Below are positions 58,001-64,000 of a stretch of DNA of 64,000 bases, piece after piece. The stretch is taken from the NCBI GenBank assembly GCA_051294375.1, contig CM119266.1:3369151-3433150 (forward strand), read 5' to 3'. How positions within the stretch are numbered: position 1 is the stretch's first letter; each line of letters starts with the position of its first letter. The notes below the pieces were generated by a model. That model did not search any database. It saw only the letters and a program-made list of their open reading frames with translations, and was not told the origin of the DNA. The position numbers were made by a program, and so were the translations under genes. The DNA is from Paraspadella gotoi (Eukaryota > Animalia > Chaetognatha).

Positions 58001-61000
58001 TTACGCCAACTCGTCCAAAAATCGACTCTCGTGATTCAAAGTCGAACGCATGACGCCGAGAGGATTGTCGTTGTCTGCGACGACGCCGCCTCTCCCAACA
58101 TCAGGCAACGCCGTGGCGCCGGGAACGCCCGTCATCAGCACCGCCATGTTGGCCGATAAGTTGGTGATGTCGTCGCCGACTCCGGAACCGACGACGCCCT
58201 CTATCCCTTCGACGTCCTGCTCTCGTTTGACGTCGAATCCAGCGGCGCCGACTGGCGATAACGCCGAGGCGCAAGACGCCGGTGACGCCGCGAGGAGAAG
58301 ACCGGCGCCGTTCGAGGGTCCTGCGCGAAGAGGATGGGGGGGGGGATGATTCAGGTCAAATCTTTTATTTGCTACCAAATTCAAATTTGATATTATAATC
58401 ATGAAACTGCAGTCACCACCGCCCTTGCTAGGGCCTTGCTACATTTCCTCATCTTCGTTACAAGTTTTCTCTCTCCCTCTCTCCTTTACTTTTCAACCAT
58501 AAACTCGTTTCAACTTCCTTTTACTTTCTAATTACTTCTCTCTTTGTACTTTCTCCCTCTCTTCTCTTCCCCTTTTACTTTCTCCCTCTCTTCTCTTCCC
58601 CTTTTACTTTCTCCCTCTCCTCTCTTCCCCATCCTTTTACTTTCCTTCTTCTCATTCACCTTTTGCTCCCCTCCGACCTCCTTCGCTCTCTCTCTTCATT
58701 CTTTCTCCTACCATCTTTTCTCCCCTTTCTCACCCCATTCCCTTTATCACCATCCCTTTCTCACCCCATTCCCTTTCTCACCCCATTCCCTTTCTCACCC
58801 ATTCCCTTCTCACCCCATTCCTTTCTCACCCCCATTTCCCTTTATCACCCCATTCCCTTTCTCACCCCATTCCCTTCCTCACCCCATTCCCTTTCTCACC
58901 CCATTCCCTTTCTCACCCATCCCTTCCTCCCCCATTCTGTTTACCCCATTCCCTTCCTCACCCCTGGGCGACAACGTGGAGGCGTTGGACGCGCCCCCAG
59001 GCGACATGGCGGCGATGGCGGAGAGAGGCGACAAGGGGGCCGCGGACGAGGAGTTGGGGGAACGATGGAGGAAGCGGAGGTCTGCGGGGTGTTGAGGGTG
59101 AGTGGGATGCTGAGGAGTGTAGAGAGGAGTGGTAGCACCGTGAGGATGAGGAGGAGCGGCAGCAGCGGGGTAAGGGTTCTGATGTCGATAGTCGTTGCGG
59201 TATCCGTCCATCTGCTGCATTTGCTGCGGCTGATGACGCTGCTGCTGTCGGCCGCAGTTGTCCGGCTGCTGCTGCTGCGTGGGGTAAGGCGGAAGGGCGG
59301 GGAGACCGCCGGTAGGGTAAGGCTTGACCGAAGGCGGGCGGTAATGTTGGTCGTTGTGGTTATAATGCGGGTATTGTTGTTGTTGTTGTTGATGATGGGG
59401 CGACGGGCGATGGTGATGGTGAAGGCGCTGAGAATTTTGCTGTTGTTGATGCTGCGTCGGAGGATGCGACTTCTGCCTATGCTGCTGTTGCTGTTGCATC
59501 TGCGCCGGCGCCTGATTCGCCGCTGCGACGCTGCCCCGGCTGCAGGGACGCGGCGACATTTGCTGCGAGGACACCGTGGAGCATTGGATCTCCGAAGAAC
59601 CTAGACAGGGGCTGCCGCTTTGGTGGTATCCCCCCACGGGGTGATGGTGATGATGCTGCTGCGGAGGCGGTGGCGGAGGAGCGTAGTGGCCAGCTGCGGC
59701 GGCTGGGGTTTCGACGCAGCGCGGATTTCCGCAGTTGCAGCCTCGGCTGAGTCCGTAGTTGTTGTTGTTGTGAGGACGACGATCGAAGGCCGAGTTAAAG
59801 TTGGCGGCGCAAGCAGCATCGCCACAGTCGCAGTAGCCAGCCTCAGCAGCGACGACAGGTGAAAGCAGCATCGACGAAGGCGTCGGACGAGGATTCGCGC
59901 AGCCTTGATGATGTTTCTGTTGTTGCTGCAAATGTGGCTGCTGATGTTGCGGCTGGTGTTGAAGTCCGCAGCCGCAAAAGACGCCGTCGACGCCGCCAGG
60001 GCCGCAACCGGCGCAGGCACGCGGGAAACCGGCGTTGTTTATCGGCGACAGTAGGGCGTTGTCGGCACCGCCGTCGACGCCGCATCCGGCGGTGGCGCTG
60101 CAGCCGCATCCGGGGTTGCAGGATGTCGCGGCGGCGCCGTGCTGCGGAGCCGATGATTTTAAGGCGCAGTGGTTGACCTGAGACGAGGGAGACGAATATT
60201 TTAGTAATATTTATGAATTTAAAAGAATAAATATTACAAACTTACAAAGTCTGTATCGTAAAATCAATCAGACCCTAAGCCGGCCATATTTTCGAAAAGA
60301 ACCCCATTTCAGTTTAAATGCAGGATCTTTAAACTTGTCTTTAAAATTGTCTCGTAATTTCTCTGTCTTCAACTCAACATTTGAATCAGAAAGGAAACGG
60401 ACCAACGCTATTCGAAAAACCGCCTTTCCCACCTGATTGCAAGTTTGCTGCATCTGCTGCTGAAACTGCTGCTGCTGCATGAGGCGGATGTTTCTCTGCC
60501 GCTGCTGCATCGTCTGAGGATGTCCGCTTTGGTTAACGAACCCGCTGTTGTGCGCGAGGTTGCTGCTGTTGTGACTTCCGTTGCTGTGGTGACTTCCGTT
60601 GCTGTTGTGACTGCTATTGCTGTTGATGGTAAGGTCGAAGTCGTGATTGGCCGCGGGTGAGTTGGGGAGAGAGTGAGGGTTGGCCACTGAGGAGTTGCTG
60701 CCCGGGGTCGACTGTGATTCAAATGACAGAAGATTATATTAGTCAATCGTGAAATCGTCACGTGACTTCAAAAAATAAAATTCACACCGTTTGGATTTGC
60801 AGAGCGTTGTTGTTGTTGTTGTTTCTGCTGCCGCCGCCACAGTTGTTGTTGTTGTTTTGTTTCCTGCGAGATTTTTCCTCCTTAACGAATCTTAACATTT
60901 CGTCGGGCAAAAGGAGATCACTGGAGAAAAAAGGAAAGAAATTAGGTGGAGGAAATTTGGCTCTCTCCCTGTTTCTCTCCCATTCTCCTCCCTCTTTCTC

Positions 61001-64000
61001 TCTCCCTCTATCCCTTCTGTCCACTTATTATCGTCTCCGGTATCTGATCCCTTCTTTCCCTTCTCCCTTCTCTCCCTCTATCCCTTCTGCCCACCTATTA
61101 TCATCTCCGGTGTCTGATCCCTTATCTCCTTTCTCCCTTCTCTCCCTCTATCCCTTCTGCTCACCTATTATCATCTCCGGTGTCTGATCCATTCTCTCGT
61201 TCGTTCATCAACAACGCGTTCATGACTCCGCTGCTCCAACCGACGCCTCCAGTCAGTTGCTGCATCTGTTGCTGCATCTGCTGCATCTGAAGCATGAATT
61301 GCTGCGGTGATATCTGCAGCAGATTGCCCGGAGTCCTGCCATTGTTGTTATTGTTGTTGTTGTTGTTGTTTTGGCAAGGTTTCGCGTTCGGGTTCGTTCC
61401 GTAGCAAGGAGAAATGGGAGCCTCCTCCTTCGGGATCATGAGCGCCGGCTGAGCGGCATCCCCGGCGCCGCAATGAGCGCCGCACTGGACGCCGCATTGA
61501 GTCCCGCAGTTCTTAGCGCGGGATCCAGAGGCGTTGTTGTTGTTGTTGTTATTGGGGATCGGCGTGCTGCAGGTCATTTGACTCATTGGGAGACCCTGAG
61601 AGATGGAAGAAGGGGCAAGAGGCTGACGTGAGGAAGGGAAATGGATATCAAAATGGAATTTGAAAGGGAAACAATTGCAAAACGGAATTGGAAATGAAAA
61701 AAGGATTGGAAAGGGAAACCGAAGAGGATATTCAAATAGAAATGAAAACAAAAAATGGAAAATAAAATTGAAGAAAGGGAGATGAAAATAAAAACAGAAA
61801 TAGAAAGGATAATCGAATAGAAATAGAAATTGAAATTAAATGGAAAAGAGAAAAAAGAAAAGAAATGGAAAAAAAAAGAAAAAAGATTATCTTATTGCGC
61901 AACGGGAGGATTAGTAGCTGTGATACCCGGGCGCGGGGTATCTCACAACTGGCGTAGGGCTCGGGACCCTCAGTGAACCGCCTCCTGTTCACTGGCATGT
62001 TTTATACCGGCAAACCGTCACATTTAAGCCAGAACCGGGATACCGGGATTGAACACTACGGGACGCAACGATGGAATAGAATAATGACTTTAGCCTGCTC
62101 AGCCATTGAGACGAGGCTGAGGACGGACAGCAGTGAGGCAAGCTTTAAGTCTTGCTGCCACAATTAACCTGATTCCTCGATGGTTTCGCCGTTTGACCCG
62201 TCTCCGCAAGGTGCTGTTGCGGCTGCTGTTGCTGCTGCCGCCTCCTCATCATAAGACCTCTGCTGCTGCAAGGCGTCCATTGGTTGATTTCGACTTTGGT
62301 TGCCGCAATTGGCGCAGTTGGCGCAGCTGTTGGCGCAGATTGTTGGCGCAGGAGGGACTGAGCGGCCGAGTGATCGAAGTCCAAGTTGGAGTTTTCGATG
62401 GATAGAGGGCGCATGTGCGCTCCGCTGGGGATCGGCCCGCCTGAGAGAAGGGAGAATGAAATGATTCGATTAAGCGCTTATGAGAAATTGAAGAATATGG
62501 ACGGATTAAAGTTGTAGATCAAGTTAAGTAAAGGACGTCCGTTGATTTATCGAGAGTAACAAGCGCCGTTGGAGGATCATTTGGGATCAGTCAAGTTAGC
62601 AGTCAGACAGATCGGGAAACAGATGAGTAGGCAAACAGACTGATAGACGGACAGACAGGCACACAGGAAAATAAATAGACAGATAAGACCATTAAGTGTC
62701 TGCCCAATTTTCTATACCCTTACCCTGTCCTTACCCTGTCCTTACCCTGTCCTTACCCCTGTCTTACCCTGTCCTTACCCTGTCCTTACCCTGTCCTTAA
62801 CCCTGTCCTTACCCTGTCGTTACCCTGTCCCTTAACCCTGTCCTTCTGCCTTACCCTGTCTCTTACCCTGTCCTTTACCCTGTCCTTACCCTGTCCTTAC
62901 CCTGTCCTTACCCTGTCCCGCAGTGACGACCAATCCGTTGGCGCCGTGCCCTCCTCCTCCTCCTCCTCCTGCTCCTCCGATGGCGTGGAGCGAAGTGGTG
63001 GAGCTCCTCCTCGACGAGAGGCTGGAGCCGGAGAACGGGTAGGGGCTTTCGTTGGAGGAGCGGACGGAGCTGGTAAGGAAAGGAGGGTGAGAGTAAGATA
63101 AACGGAAATTAATTCCTTAATCTAATTTGAATATTGTAGTGTTGTAATAAAGATTCATAGAAATCTTTTTTTTTAAATCCGATACTAAATTAATAATATT
63201 TCAGCCGGGTAAATCATTTTGCTTATTCGTTATTTAATAATTCACAATCCCTTTTACTCTGTTGACCTTGACATTAATCTAACGTCTGGGATCAAACCCG
63301 GGACCTTTTTGGCGACTCACCTGTAGAAAGAGGAAAGCGTAGAATTGGAATCTCGACGATGGCGAAGAGAATGCCCTTTGCCGGAATCGTTGGAGTCCGG
63401 AGAGTGGCCGAACGAGTGGAGGAAGTCTAGGGAGGAAGAGGAAGTGGGGAGGTCTGTTGGGGGGGGTTAGGAAGGGGGAGAGAGAGAGAGAGAGAGGGAA
63501 ATAGAGAGAGAGAGAGAGAGGGAGAGAGGGAGAAGGAGAGAAAGAAAAAGGGAGTGAGTGAGAGAATAGAGAGAGAGAGAGTTATGATATTAATTTTGAG
63601 CAACAAGCTCTTTAAAATTTTACGATAATATATATCCTGGCTTTTGAGTTGGCGGCTTTTTTAATTAATCATCATAAAATTAAGCATATTCATATAAAAT
63701 ATCATAAAGTGCAAAAAACATTCGTCTCCTCACCGTTGGCGTTGGCCAAATCCGTGATTATCGTCGGCGGTTTATTGTTTTTGTTTTTGTTCTTATTGTT
63801 TTTGTTATTTTTCTCTTTTTTTACGTCGCCATGGCAACCTCGTCGGCCGTAGTTGAGCGGGTTTCCGTGAAAACCTTCGCCGCCTCCGACGAGGCCGCCG
63901 CCGCCGCCGCGCCACGGAGAAGCGACGCCGCCAGCGCCGCCGCCGACGAGGCCTTTGGCCGCCATCTTGGATCTGAGGCGTTGGTTGTTATTGTTGCGAC
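58001..64000 (-). CDS. Gli: Gli/Cubitus interruptus transcription factor, C-terminal part; exons >64000-63734, 63426-63321, 63069-62912, 62440-62169, 61622-61165, 60920-60788, 60711-60433, 60177-58962, 58320-58001
   Basis: All phases are consistent. Motifs occur in Gli/Ci order: DSNDSG; phospho-cluster RRDSNSTLSSFYSSVRSS...SSRRSS; DLLLPDEMLRFV (cf. Ci LILPDEM); EIQCSTVSS (cf. EIQWNEVSS); terminal NMAV...ESRFL (cf. NMA...EESKFL). Zinc fingers are not in the window. Confidence 0.85.
58724..58965 (-). repeat. ~17-bp minisatellite (GGAATGGGGTGAGAAAG on the Gli strand) starting at a Gli donor site
   Basis: About 14 degenerate CTTTCTCACCCCATTCC units on the + strand. Confidence 0.9.
60990..61190 (-). 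repeat. 70-bp tandem repeat x3 spanning a Gli exon/intron junction
   Basis: TCCCTTCTG...ATCTCCGGTGTCTGATCC at 61011, 61081 and 61151. Confidence 0.9.
61890..62115 (-). mobile_element. tRNA-derived SINE family 4 sharing a 3' core with family 3
   Basis: Minus strand A-box TGGCTGAGCAGG and B-box GTTCAATCCC, then GCCAGTGAA...CACTGAGGGTC and an ...ATAAG end as in family 3. Single copy in the window. Confidence 0.55.
62715..62918 (-). repeat. 11-bp minisatellite (ACAGG-GTAAGG)n, ~18 copies, starting at a Gli donor site
   Basis: (CCTTACCCTGT)n directly visible on the + strand. Confidence 0.95.

Noticed and set aside
58544-59604. Long plus-strand ORFs (183 and 313 aa) opposite Gli
   Set aside because: Antisense shadow of a CAG-rich exon plus minisatellite; the conserved motifs are on the minus strand.

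Overview
AT-rich metazoan (invertebrate-like) nuclear DNA from an indel-rich, gapped long-read-type assembly, saturated with (GA/TC)n microsatellites. Most ORFs in the supplied track are repeat translations. Bases 1-38573 are three near-identical versions of one ~13.5 kb block (A 1-13580, partial B 13607-19645, C 25038-38573), probably uncollapsed haplotypes. The block carries two divergent XK-family membrane-protein paralogues and a small single-pass membrane protein with an LPSYEQA (PY) motif. Downstream are a 14-exon extended synaptotagmin gene (38488-49522, +), an 8-exon ~329-aa gene with no recognisable domain (50519-56666, +), and the C-terminal 9 exons of a Gli/Cubitus interruptus gene (64000 to 58001, -; zinc fingers lie outside the window). 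The three multi-exon models were hand-checked for splice-phase consistency. Introns hold tRNA-derived SINEs, a Helentron-associated (DINE/HINE-type) element, a Mutator-like element with a 9-bp TSD, a ~970-bp foldback and an unclassified ~330-bp tandem insertion. The most unusual pattern is that minisatellites are repeatedly built from splice signals themselves. The clearest case is ~18 tandem 5' splice sites in Gli, where use of any copy but the first would truncate the protein just after its PKA phospho-cluster.
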